The notes beneath the pieces were generated by a model. The model was not told the origin of the DNA, ran no database searches, and saw only the letters and a program-made list of their open reading frames with translations. From a virus (Duplodnaviria; Caudoviricetes): a stretch of DNA of 62,507 nt. Location: the IMG/VR virus record IMGVR_UViG_3300036800_000162, positions 1-62,507 of that record. One strand, written 5' to 3'. A program made the position numbers and the translations under genes. This document shows positions 1 to 8,796 of this stretch, piece after piece; the first letter of the stretch is position 1; the number at the start of each line of letters is the position of its first letter.

Positions 1-131
1 TTAGTTAGTTACTGTATAGCGTGTATAATTACTTGATGTGTATGCACTAGCAGTGCGTGATGATACCGTTGGTGACTTCTTCGGTGGCCGGGTTGACGGT
101 GCCCGCGGCGCACGACACGCCCACCGCCGCC
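1..131. repeat. Terminal direct repeat (left copy), probably an assembly overlap of a circular genome
   Basis: 1-131 matches 62377-62507; 6-131 is exact and position 5 is the only mismatch. Confidence 0.95.
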
Positions 132-1240
132 CCAACGGCATATCCGGTAGCCGACGCCACTCCAGCGCCCGTGACGCTCCAGACGGCGCCGAACTTCTCC
201 CAGTATCCCGTGGCGGTCCCGAGACTCCAATCGATACCGTTGGCGACTGTAAATACACCCCCTCCCGCTCCCTGCGCGCCGATCATCGTTCCGTTCGTCG
301 CGACAGGAAAGTTACCGCCGGATCTGCCAAACTCGAAGCCTATCTTAAAGCCGGCGGTGCCGGATGGTGCGTACTGGTTGTTGATCGTGAGGGCTACGTC
401 GTCCATCGACCCCTGAACGCCGGTCGTTGGAGTTCCGGCAACGGATTGCAGGTCTACGATCTGTAATCCCACACGGTCTAGGGATGTCGAGCCAGGATAT
501 TCTCCGGTGTCTATCTCCTCGCCCACTGGGCCAATTGATGTGATTGCAGCAGAAATCGTCGCGATTGCGTTCATTCCGAAGCACGAACTGCCGCCGCCGC
601 CGCCCACGTTCGAGTCTGTCGCGGCCATGTTGCAGCGGCCAGTCAGGCCGGTGTATCCCTGGGAGATGGTGTTTCCTGTCGTTGCGTTTATCAGCAAATC
701 GAACGTCCCGGCGATACGGTCGCCAATGACTCCCGCTCCACCGGCAATCAGGTTCTCGGTGAAGCCCGCGCCATTGTTCGGGTTATTCGAGCCATTGTCG
801 GTTTGCTGCAAGAACGCGCCGAAAGAGGCGGTACTGGTGGCCGTTGTGCCGCTAAATGTCGCATTCTGGAACAGCGGGGCATGCCCATTGGCGAGCGCGC
901 CACTGCCCCAGGTGCCCCCAGGGAGCACGACGGCGGCGGTGTTCAGGGGGCCGGTCATGGAGCCGCCAGCGAGCGGGAGATCCAGGCTTGCGCCGCCCGT
1001 CAGCGTGCCGACCAGACCGGCGCCGAACGTCACCAATCCCGTATAGGCGCCGCCTGTGGTGGGCACGCCGTTTGAGGCGATCTGATTTACGGTCGTCTGC
1101 TTGGAGACACCACCCTGCACAATGTAAACCGACTCGCCGCCCGACAATGGCGTGCTGGCCGGCGTCATGTTGGTAAGAAGCTGCGCGTGCGCCGCCGCCG
1201 CGACCAGCAGCGCACACAGAAAGATGGCTACCTTGACCAC
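47..1240 (-). CDS. Tail-fibre/adhesin-like protein with N-terminal signal peptide
   Basis: GTG at 1240 gives VVKVAIFLCALLVAAAAHAQ; G/T/N/A-rich; shares a GTLTG.ASL.L.L.GG..TG segment with 59304..61319. Confidence 0.65.
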   Translation of the reverse strand: MVKVAIFLCALLVAAAAHAQLLTNMTPASTPLSGGESVYIVQGGVSKQTTVNQIASNGVPTTGGAYTGLVTFGAGLVGTLTGGASLDLPLAGGSMTGPLNTAAVVLPGGTWGSGALANGHAPLFQNATFSGTTATSTASFGAFLQQTDNGSNNPNNGAGFTENLIAGGAGVIGDRIAGTFDLLINATTGNTISQGYTGLTGRCNMAATDSNVGGGGGSSCFGMNAIATISAAITSIGPVGEEIDTGEYPGSTSLDRVGLQIVDLQSVAGTPTTGVQGSMDDVALTINNQYAPSGTAGFKIGFEFGRSGGNFPVATNGTMIGAQGAGGGVFTVANGIDWSLGTATGYWEKFGAVWSVTGAGVASATGYAVGAAVGVSCAAGTVNPATEEVTNGIITHC

Positions 1241-1581
1241 AGAGCACCTGGCGTGCTGGTCAGGACCGGACAAGACGTTTTCTGCGCAAGCAGTAACTCG
1301 TGGTAGGCCGGCCTGATTGACGTATTGAAGTATTGCGCTGGATCGCGTTGCAGCGGGAATTGCTGCGCCACGCTTTGCGGCACACCGATGAACGTCTCCG
1401 GCGCGCCGTTCGCCGCGAATACTGTGAGCATGCCGCTTGGCACGCCGGGCGGCGGGGCGAGATCGTACAGCATGAACGATAACGGCGGCGGCAGCGAAGC
1501 TGAATATGATGCGTTCGAGCCGGGGCAGGTCTGCGCCAGCGCTGGCGCAACAAGCAGCAACAGGGCAAAAAGTGGTTTCAT
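1228..1581 (-). CDS. KTSC-domain protein with signal peptide
   Basis: ATG 1581 overlaps upstream TGA; MKPLFALLLLVAPALAQ leader; KTSC-like FIGVPQSVAQQF...PAQYFNTSIRPAY. Confidence 0.6.
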   Translation of the reverse strand: MKPLFALLLLVAPALAQTCPGSNASYSASLPPPLSFMLYDLAPPPGVPSGMLTVFAANGAPETFIGVPQSVAQQFPLQRDPAQYFNTSIRPAYHELLLAQKTSCPVLTSTPGALWSR

Positions 1582-2051
1582 GAGGAAACCGGGACGCCGG
1601 ACCACACCGCCGTCCACGCCCCGTTGGAATTGACGGTACACAAACAACCAGTCCCCGCCCCCGATCCCTCGCCGGTATTCCGCCCGTTCGTCGCATAGGC
1701 GACCTGGCCCTGGTTGGCAGACGTGACAGTGGGCAGTCCCGCCACAGTGAAAGCGGGCGTCGGATACAGGCTCGCGGCGCGCAGCCACGCACCTTCGCCA
1801 GCCGCGCCTGGCGGCACGATGACGGTGCGCGCGTTGTCCGTGTAGCTGCCGGCCGCCCAATAGAAGATCCCCGCGCCGCCGTCGCCAGCCGCGGTCAGGC
1901 CCGGCAGCGTCACCGACATGCCGGCGATGCCGATGAAACTGCGCAGGATCGCGGCGGTCTGGCCGGTCTGCACGAACGCATTGAGGTTGGCGTCCAGCAG
2001 CGCGCCGACCCCATTGGCGGAGACGGCGTTCTTCGGGCCGGGACCGCTCAT
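1578..2051 (-). CDS. Tail-associated protein, paralogous to the N-terminus of the 2048..3478 fibre
   Basis: LRSFIGIAGMSVTLPG..GDGGAGIFYW..GAWLR vs LRAFVGISNMCVMLTG..DDGEAGFFGW..GAWVR; ATGA coupling. Confidence 0.65.
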   Translation of the reverse strand: MSGPGPKNAVSANGVGALLDANLNAFVQTGQTAAILRSFIGIAGMSVTLPGLTAAGDGGAGIFYWAAGSYTDNARTVIVPPGAAGEGAWLRAASLYPTPAFTVAGLPTVTSANQGQVAYATNGRNTGEGSGAGTGCLCTVNSNGAWTAVWSGVPVSS

Positions 2052-3478
2052 GCGGCGCGCGCCTTCAGAGCGGCAATCTCGTCGTCCTGTTCCATGACAA
2101 TGCGCCACAGCACGGCCAGCATCTGCATGGGCGACAGGTGCAGCATCCCCTTATCGTCCGGCACCACCCCGCCAAACGGCACGCCGGCCTCAGCAAACGC
2201 CGCCTTGATAGCCGCGGCATCGAAGCCCCAGAGGTCATCACCGGTGAACCGGCCACCATCCGGCGCGTCGCGCCAGCCGTGCATGATCGGTGCCGCGGTA
2301 TGGAGCAGCGCCGATCTGACCGCTGGCGCTGGGCGGATGTTCGTCTTGGCGCGCGGGTCAGAGGTCTGGATCGTGCCGTTGACCGCCCAAACGAACGTCC
2401 AGCGGTTGGCGCTATCGCCGCAGGAATAGAGGTTGTCCGTCAGTGGGGCGGTATTGCTGCCCAGGAAGACACCAGCAGCGCCCTCGCCGGCAAAGAAGTT
2501 GTTGGAACTGTCCAGCCGCACGAGATTGAGGTCGGCGGTGTTGCCGGCGTTCCGCGACGCGATAGCCTGCTCGTTGCCGATGCGCAGGGGAATGGTCGTG
2601 CCGGACGGCGCGACCATGCTGATCGTGTCGATACCGTAGGTGTGCGTGCCCTGAATGTCGAGTGAGAGCGTGCTAACACCGAGGTCCTGGAACGACGCCT
2701 GCGCCACCGAGCCGTTGGTGATGACGATCCCGCGGTTCCAGATCGGGTGCGTCCCGAGACCGGAGATCGTCAGCGCGCCCGTCGAGCGGAACGCGCCGGC
2801 GCCAGTGATCGCCAGACCATACCCGACCGGAGCGGATAACCCCGCCGCACCAGGTGTATCGCCCGTGTCGGCGTTGTTGTTGTTGTAGTCTAGCTCGTAA
2901 CCATAGGCGTCTACCGAGCCGGCGCCAGGATCGATGGTGGTGACCGTGTTATAGGCCCATCCGGCGGTAGCGCCAGCCTGGACCACCATTCCGGCATAGA
3001 GCGTGACGTCGCCGCCATTCGGCAACCCGCCGCTGGCAACCCCGGTGGTCATGCCGAGGTTCACCAAGTACTCGCGGGTCGTGTTGCTGATCGCGTTGCC
3101 CTGCACAGAGAGCGATGACAACGTGGGGAGTTCATTGCCGGTCGGCAGCACGGAGAGCGCTTGCGTGCCGTTGACCAGCAGGGAGCCGAAGGCTTGGGTC
3201 AGGCGAACCCACGCGCCCTGCACCAGACCGTTCGGACGGATGATGTTGAGGCCGTCATCGGGCGCGGTTGACGTGGGCGACCAGCCGAAGAACCCTGCTT
3301 CGCCGTCGTCAAACGCAGTATCGCCGGTCAGCATTACGCACATATTCGATATGCCAACGAAGGCGCGCAGGTTTGCGACCAGCGAACCGCATTGCATCAG
3401 GCCATTCAGATAGGCGTCACTGATGACCGCAGTACCGTTGGCCTGCACCTGCAACGACGGTGGGAGATTGCCGCTCAT
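2048..3478 (-). CDS. Tail fibre/spike with C-terminal intramolecular chaperone (peptidase S74-like)
   Basis: NRWTFVWAVNGTIQTSDPRAKTNI motif and C-terminal coiled coil. Confidence 0.8.
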   Translation of the reverse strand: MSGNLPPSLQVQANGTAVISDAYLNGLMQCGSLVANLRAFVGISNMCVMLTGDTAFDDGEAGFFGWSPTSTAPDDGLNIIRPNGLVQGAWVRLTQAFGSLLVNGTQALSVLPTGNELPTLSSLSVQGNAISNTTREYLVNLGMTTGVASGGLPNGGDVTLYAGMVVQAGATAGWAYNTVTTIDPGAGSVDAYGYELDYNNNNADTGDTPGAAGLSAPVGYGLAITGAGAFRSTGALTISGLGTHPIWNRGIVITNGSVAQASFQDLGVSTLSLDIQGTHTYGIDTISMVAPSGTTIPLRIGNEQAIASRNAGNTADLNLVRLDSSNNFFAGEGAAGVFLGSNTAPLTDNLYSCGDSANRWTFVWAVNGTIQTSDPRAKTNIRPAPAVRSALLHTAAPIMHGWRDAPDGGRFTGDDLWGFDAAAIKAAFAEAGVPFGGVVPDDKGMLHLSPMQMLAVLWRIVMEQDDEIAALKARAA

Positions 3479-3490
3479 GGCGCGCCAGAC

Positions 3491-3526
3491 TACGCGGCGG
3501 CGATACCGATTTCCCGGTGTATCTAT
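3491..3526 (-). promoter_or_regulatory. Repeated upstream motif (candidate late promoter), copy 1
   Basis: Similar to 62341..62377 with one indel; both precede minus-strand tail genes. Confidence 0.4.
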
Positions 3527-3546
3527 CTACGAGTTTATGGACCTGC

Positions 3547-3699
3547 CTAGGCCCGGCGGCTGCGGCCTTTGCTGCGCTTGCTCGCGCGCTGCTGCCGGTA
3601 TGCTGCGGCGATCGCTTGTTTCTGCGGATGACCGCTTCGCACCATCTCGGCGATGTTGGCCGAGCGCGTGGCTTTCGACTTGCCTCTACGCAGCGGCAT
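3547..3699 (-). CDS. Small basic protein
   Basis: MPLRRGKSKATRSANIAEMVRSGHPQKQAIAAAY; type commonly seen in phage virion operons. Confidence 0.7.
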   Translation of the reverse strand: MPLRRGKSKATRSANIAEMVRSGHPQKQAIAAAYRQQRASKRSKGRSRRA

Positions 3700-4162
3700 G
3701 CGGCTTCTCCACCCGCGGCGACCGCTCAAGGGCCACCAACGGCAGCACGATCAGCACGGCATAGGCCGCCAGCACCCCGTCCGCCTGATAGGTTCCGGTG
3801 CGCAGCGCCAGCAGCGCCAGGACAAAGCCGCCAGCGACCGCCAGCAGCAGCAGAAAGCGGATCGCCAGCAAGGTCGCCACAGCATGCAGCGCGGCGTGCA
3901 GCCCCATCGTGCGGGCAACGATCACCGCTTCGGCGGCGGCGCGCACGGCGGTCTGTGCCACCGCCTGATGCGCCACGGCCATCTCCTCGCGCACCGCGCC
4001 GCGGATCGCCTCAAGCGGGATCGGGGGAGTCGGCAGCGGCGTCGGCGGCGGCTGCATCGTCGGGATCGAGGCTGGGGCGGTCCTCGCCGTTGGACCGAGG
4101 GGCACCACGGCCTCGCGCACCGTGGTAGGCTGCCAGGGACTGTTCAAATTCTGAGGTTCCAT
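3686..4162 (-). CDS. Membrane protein (2-3 TM)
   Basis: Hydrophobic C-terminal half; same strand as the operon. Confidence 0.55.
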   Translation of the reverse strand: MEPQNLNSPWQPTTVREAVVPLGPTARTAPASIPTMQPPPTPLPTPPIPLEAIRGAVREEMAVAHQAVAQTAVRAAAEAVIVARTMGLHAALHAVATLLAIRFLLLLAVAGGFVLALLALRTGTYQADGVLAAYAVLIVLPLVALERSPRVEKPHAAA

Positions 4163-4349
4163 CAGGTGGGGTGAGTCCTTGTTGGCGTTCGATAAACTTC
4201 ATACCCAACTCTGCCGCGCGCACTCGATCTAAAATGTCAGGCGTCACGACCGAGCCGTCTGGCAATTTACGGCGACGGCGGGCGTCCCGCACCACCCCGT
4301 GCACAAGGATTTTCAGGTCATCGAGCAGCGGGCGCTTCGGCGGTCTCAC
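4011..4349 (-). CDS. Hypothetical protein
   Basis: GTG 4349 overlaps the TGA of the upstream gene. Confidence 0.5.
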   Translation of the reverse strand: MRPPKRPLLDDLKILVHGVVRDARRRRKLPDGSVVTPDILDRVRAAELGMKFIERQQGLTPPDGTSEFEQSLAAYHGARGRGAPRSNGEDRPSLDPDDAAAADAAADSPDPA

Positions 4350-6520
4350 GGCTGCATACTCCGCGCGATCGGGCTTGGCGGAAAGGGCGAAGTCGGCCCG
4401 CTCGGCAAGGGCGGCGCTGTCGGCATGACTTGCGTTGCGCGCGGCGTGACGGTCGGCACATAGTCGGGATCGGTCAAAATCCGCGCCACCGCCGCGTTCA
4501 GATCGTTGCTCGGCTTCAGGCCAAGATACTTCGCCAGCCGCACCGCAGACCGCAACGTCGCCATATAGGAGCCGGACAAGGCATGCAGCGCACCGTGCGC
4601 AACGTGCATACCCATCTCCGTCTTGTTGGCAGCGTCCTGCGTTGCGCGCGCCACCGTCTGTGAATTGCCGTAGATCATCTGCCGTGTATCGAACATCAGC
4701 CGTTCCAGCGCCACCGAGTCGATGAAGTCCTGCGCCGCCGCCTCTGTCGGGAACACCGCGCGCAACTGCCCCTCGCGCCACAGGCTGTTGATCACGGCCT
4801 TGGACTCATCGCCGCTGAACGCGGTGCTTTCGATCCTCTGAACCACGCTGTCGGCGACGCCGATGCGCAGGAACTCCCGGTCAGACGGCGCCATGCCGGC
4901 CACGGCGTCGGCCAGTTCCTCCGGGGTTTGACTGGCAAACTTCCGCCCGAGATTAACGGCGTCGATGCTCGCGGCGTGGCTGGTCCATGACGCACGCGCC
5001 TGATTGTAGATTGGATTAAGACGATCAGTTTCCGAAAGCAACCCTCGCCGCAACTGATCGACGGATCGGCCAAGTTGATTGAGCCGCCCATGTTCGTCGC
5101 GGTTCGCGGCAATGATCCCGTCCATCCCGCGCTTCGCGGCGTCCAGCAAGCGCATGTTTGGCACCTTGTTCACCACCGGATTGCCATCCTCGCCGATTAG
5201 AATATTGCCAGAAGCGTCGGTTTGGACGGCATATTCAGTCGGGTCGAAGCGTTTCCCCGCAGCGTCAGCTTCATTGCGGATGATCCGAAGACCAGGACCA
5301 ATGCCACGCCGGACATCGGGGTTCCGCATCAGCCGCTCAATGGTCGGACTCCAGACGGCGCCCGGTGCATTCGTGACGATGTCGTGCGCAGCGGCGTCGG
5401 ATACTTCCTGCGTCAATCGCTGATCCGCGACCGCTGCCGCAAGGCGCTGCTTGGCCGCGGTGACATCCTGCTGCGCGGCGCGGAACGCCGCTGGTGCGTT
5501 ATCTGCGGTGTGTGGATCGGCGCTGTTGATGTCGGTTATGGCACCAGCGGAACGCTTCTGCGCATCCTCGACGACCTTGCTCGCCGCCTCCACATCCAGC
5601 GTCGCCTTCCGCGCCGCCGCCGCAAATTGCTGCGCAAGCGGCGCGATGCTACCGCCCTCGAACGCTTTTTCATAGAGCGGGCCGCCGACCGTCGATTGCG
5701 CTTGCCACAAACCCTCCACCGTGCGGCGCGCGCTCGGCCCCTGCGCCAGATCGCGCGCCACGTCGGTGTGCAGCCGCGCGCCGGTCGCCTTGTCCCGCGG
5801 TTCATAGAACTGCCGCATGATGGTCGAGGCATCGCCTTCAGGATGCCGCGCGACAGTGCCCGCCAACCCGCGCACGTTCGGCCCGGCGACATCAGCGATG
5901 GTCAAGGGTTTGCCCAACGCGCGACCCCTGGCCAGGCGATCCGCGAGATCGGCCGGAGTCTGCCCGCTGGCGCCAATGTCGGTGGTGAGTTTCTTGTTAA
6001 GCAGGCCGGCTGCCTGACGGTCCGCCTGGGCGGTGCGGCCCGCCTGGCGCGCAACCGTCGCCGCGTCAGCCCGCGTCAGCCCGCCGATCGGCGTCTCTGG
6101 CGGTGGCGCAGATGGGGTGCGGGCCGCCTGCGATAACCCGCCGAACGTCAGGAATGCCGCCTGCTCATCGGGTGACAGGCCGCGCATCTTCTCAGGTGTC
6201 AGCGGGCCGGTGATGCGCTCCCAGAAATCAGCAAGCCCGCGCGCCGGCATGCGGATTGCCTCAGAGAAGCCCGGCGACCAGTCGAGGCTGCCGGTTTGCA
6301 GGTTCTTCCGATACGGCAGCACGCTGCCATAGGCGTAGCCGGCCTCATCGCGCGGGAATGCCGTGTCCGGGTTCTGAATGCTGCGGTATGACAAATCAGG
6401 CGGCGACGCTCCCTCTGGTCGGGATGGCGCATCGGTCGGCGCATGCGCGACGACGGCCCACGGGTTCGACTGCGCCGGCTTGCTGCTGACGACGGCCCAC
6501 GGATCGCTCCCCGACATCAA
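4346..6520 (-). CDS. Internal virion/DNA ejection protein (large)
   Basis: 724 aa, Ala-rich and helical, repeated PWAVV at N-terminus; last of three ejection-type genes. Confidence 0.65.
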   Translation of the reverse strand: MMSGSDPWAVVSSKPAQSNPWAVVAHAPTDAPSRPEGASPPDLSYRSIQNPDTAFPRDEAGYAYGSVLPYRKNLQTGSLDWSPGFSEAIRMPARGLADFWERITGPLTPEKMRGLSPDEQAAFLTFGGLSQAARTPSAPPPETPIGGLTRADAATVARQAGRTAQADRQAAGLLNKKLTTDIGASGQTPADLADRLARGRALGKPLTIADVAGPNVRGLAGTVARHPEGDASTIMRQFYEPRDKATGARLHTDVARDLAQGPSARRTVEGLWQAQSTVGGPLYEKAFEGGSIAPLAQQFAAAARKATLDVEAASKVVEDAQKRSAGAITDINSADPHTADNAPAAFRAAQQDVTAAKQRLAAAVADQRLTQEVSDAAAHDIVTNAPGAVWSPTIERLMRNPDVRRGIGPGLRIIRNEADAAGKRFDPTEYAVQTDASGNILIGEDGNPVVNKVPNMRLLDAAKRGMDGIIAANRDEHGRLNQLGRSVDQLRRGLLSETDRLNPIYNQARASWTSHAASIDAVNLGRKFASQTPEELADAVAGMAPSDREFLRIGVADSVVQRIESTAFSGDESKAVINSLWREGQLRAVFPTEAAAQDFIDSVALERLMFDTRQMIYGNSQTVARATQDAANKTEMGMHVAHGALHALSGSYMATLRSAVRLAKYLGLKPSNDLNAAVARILTDPDYVPTVTPRATQVMPTAPPLPSGPTSPFPPSPIARSMQP

Positions 6521-8793
6521 CGCACCTGCCGCGGCTGCCCATCGGCATCTTTGGTCCAGACCTGTCCGTTGGCGAATGTGGTCTCGTGGCCGACCTGAAG
6601 CTGCGCCGCCGCCGCGGCAGGGAGTGACTCCTGCGACGCGTCGGCCTCACCGCCGCCACCGCGCAACCGCTGCTGCACCATGCCGATCTGCTGCCTGTAG
6701 GAGTCAATCTTGAACCCCATCCCCTGCTTCATTACGTCAACGATCGCCGGGATCTGTTCGCTGGTGGCACCGGATGGAATGAGGGACAGCGCCTGCGCGC
6801 GCGAGGCGTCGGATGACGCGGCGACCGAACCGGTGCCGCCGGACAGCACCTTGGCATACTCATCGAGGCCGCTGATGAGCGCTGTCATGTATTGGGGCAC
6901 CCGCACGTCGCCGAACTGTGTCTCTCCGGTTCGCGCCCAGCGGGTGAGAAGTTGCGAGTTCAGCGGCTCCGGCGTTGTTGGTACCAGCCTGACCGCCAAG
7001 TCCAGTTCCTGCTTGGTCGAACGCTCATAGGACTCGGCGGTGTCCTTCTGTTTGGTCAGTTGCGTCAGCGATGTGGTGTCGGCCTTGTAGCCGGCTACCC
7101 GCTCCGCCGCATCGCCGTCGTCGGGATAGAGTTCCGCCTCACGGTTCTCGATCGCGTCCTTGTCGGCCTGCGCGCCGAACCCTGGCGGCAACTGATGCGT
7201 GGTATGATAGAAGCGCGCGGCCTTATCGAGCGCGGGACCGGTCAGGCCAGACTTCGGCGCGGCGCTGTTCCGGCCGGCGGCACCAGCCGCCGCGGCGGCG
7301 GTTTTCTGTTCGTTGGCAACATCGAGGACCATCTGATCCCGTTCTGGCTTGGTCAGCGGTCGGCCGAGTTCCTTTTCCTTCGTTGCGACCCTGGCATCCA
7401 CGACGCCCCTCATGGCATCCTGTGTATACTGGCTGCCGGTCGGGTTCTCGATCTTCAGCACCGTGCCGGCCGGCGAGGCCATTTGCAGCGCCATCTGGTA
7501 GGCTTGCTCTTTCTCCGCGATCACATCCGGCGGGTCGTGGCGCACCCGCGCCGCCTGCAAATCCTGCGCGGCAAGCTGCACCTGCGTGGCGCGCTCGTAT
7601 TGCAGCGATGTGAGTTTCAGCTTGTACAGCGCCTCGGCGCCGCCGGACGCGTAGGCGAGGGCACCTTGGATGTCGCCCTGCTGCACCAGGCCAAGCATCG
7701 CCTGGTCGTTCAGCGCGGCGGCGTTCGCCGCCAGTTCCGCCTTGGCAGTCTCCGGCGCCTGCGCGTAGCGCCTCATCGCCTGTTCGTAGAGCGAGATGCG
7801 CAACTCCGTCGCCTTCAGCATCGCGTCGTTCGCCGCTTTCCAGCGGTCGAACTCATCCTTGGCGCGCACACGGTCGCCCTGGTTGAACGCGTCCTGCACG
7901 CCGGCCGCCGCGTTCAGCGCCGTGGTGACGGGCGTATGCGTCAAGAGGCCGCCGACCGCAGCAATCGCCATCGCGACGCTGCCCCACGACTGCGCTGGCG
8001 GGGTCTGCTGCACCTGCGGCGGCGGTTCGGCCAGCTTCTCGATCGCCGCGCGGACCCCCTTCAGATCCTCACTGGCCTCGGTTTTGGCGCCGAACATCTC
8101 CTCCTGCATGTCGCGGAAGATGTTTTGTGGCGGGAACGGCATCTCCGGCATGGCGGCGCCAGTCTGATCGCCGGAGACACCCGAGACCGCACCAGTCGCA
8201 TGCACATATTGCCGCGTCTCGGGCGGCAGGTGCGCGGCGAAATCCTCATTGCTGATCTTGCCGGCGCGCGGATCGCCGACCTGCTTCAGCAGCCGATCGA
8301 CGGTGCCCGCGCCGGCATAGTAGGCCGCATCCGCGAGCATCTTGTTGCCGGCGTATTGGCGGAACAGCATGCCATGCACCGCGTTGCCGACCTGCTTGTT
8401 GTAGCCTTCATCGTTTTGCAGGCGCAGAAAATCGACGTTCGGAATATATTGAAACGCCGTGCTCGGCCGGACCTGCGTCACACCGACTGGCGCGTTCCAC
8501 TCCTCCGGAGTGCCCTTGAACTGCGGCGGGATGAGCGGAGTATCGCCTTGGCCGAACTGGCGGTTGCCGCTTTCGACGCTGGTAGCAACGCCAGGATCGC
8601 CCGTGGCCGGCGCCGGAAGCGGCCCCGTGACCCCTTGCGGGGGTGCGGCCGCGCCGGCCATTGCGGGCGCTGGCGCAGCGGCAGGGGCGGGCGTGGCAAC
8701 TGGCGATGCAGCAGACGCACGCAGCCGCTGCATGACATCAGCCATCGAGTCTCCCGGCATCGGCTGACTGAGCACCTCGGCGAGCGATGGCAT
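6517..8793 (-). CDS. Ejection protein with lytic transglycosylase (SLT) domain
   Basis: SLT motifs VESGN, GVTQVRPSTA, AAYYAGAG. Confidence 0.75.
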   Translation of the reverse strand: MPSLAEVLSQPMPGDSMADVMQRLRASAASPVATPAPAAAPAPAMAGAAAPPQGVTGPLPAPATGDPGVATSVESGNRQFGQGDTPLIPPQFKGTPEEWNAPVGVTQVRPSTAFQYIPNVDFLRLQNDEGYNKQVGNAVHGMLFRQYAGNKMLADAAYYAGAGTVDRLLKQVGDPRAGKISNEDFAAHLPPETRQYVHATGAVSGVSGDQTGAAMPEMPFPPQNIFRDMQEEMFGAKTEASEDLKGVRAAIEKLAEPPPQVQQTPPAQSWGSVAMAIAAVGGLLTHTPVTTALNAAAGVQDAFNQGDRVRAKDEFDRWKAANDAMLKATELRISLYEQAMRRYAQAPETAKAELAANAAALNDQAMLGLVQQGDIQGALAYASGGAEALYKLKLTSLQYERATQVQLAAQDLQAARVRHDPPDVIAEKEQAYQMALQMASPAGTVLKIENPTGSQYTQDAMRGVVDARVATKEKELGRPLTKPERDQMVLDVANEQKTAAAAAGAAGRNSAAPKSGLTGPALDKAARFYHTTHQLPPGFGAQADKDAIENREAELYPDDGDAAERVAGYKADTTSLTQLTKQKDTAESYERSTKQELDLAVRLVPTTPEPLNSQLLTRWARTGETQFGDVRVPQYMTALISGLDEYAKVLSGGTGSVAASSDASRAQALSLIPSGATSEQIPAIVDVMKQGMGFKIDSYRQQIGMVQQRLRGGGGEADASQESLPAAAAAQLQVGHETTFANGQVWTKDADGQPRQVR

Positions 8794-8796
8794 CGG

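Noticed and set aside
1-131. Biological direct terminal repeat
   Set aside because: The length is close to an assembler k-mer overlap and it cuts through a gene end; more likely an assembly artefact
47-3478. Diversity-generating retroelement or invertible tail-fibre switch
   Set aside because: No reverse transcriptase or invertase, and I saw no near-identical TR/VR pair or flanking inverted repeats
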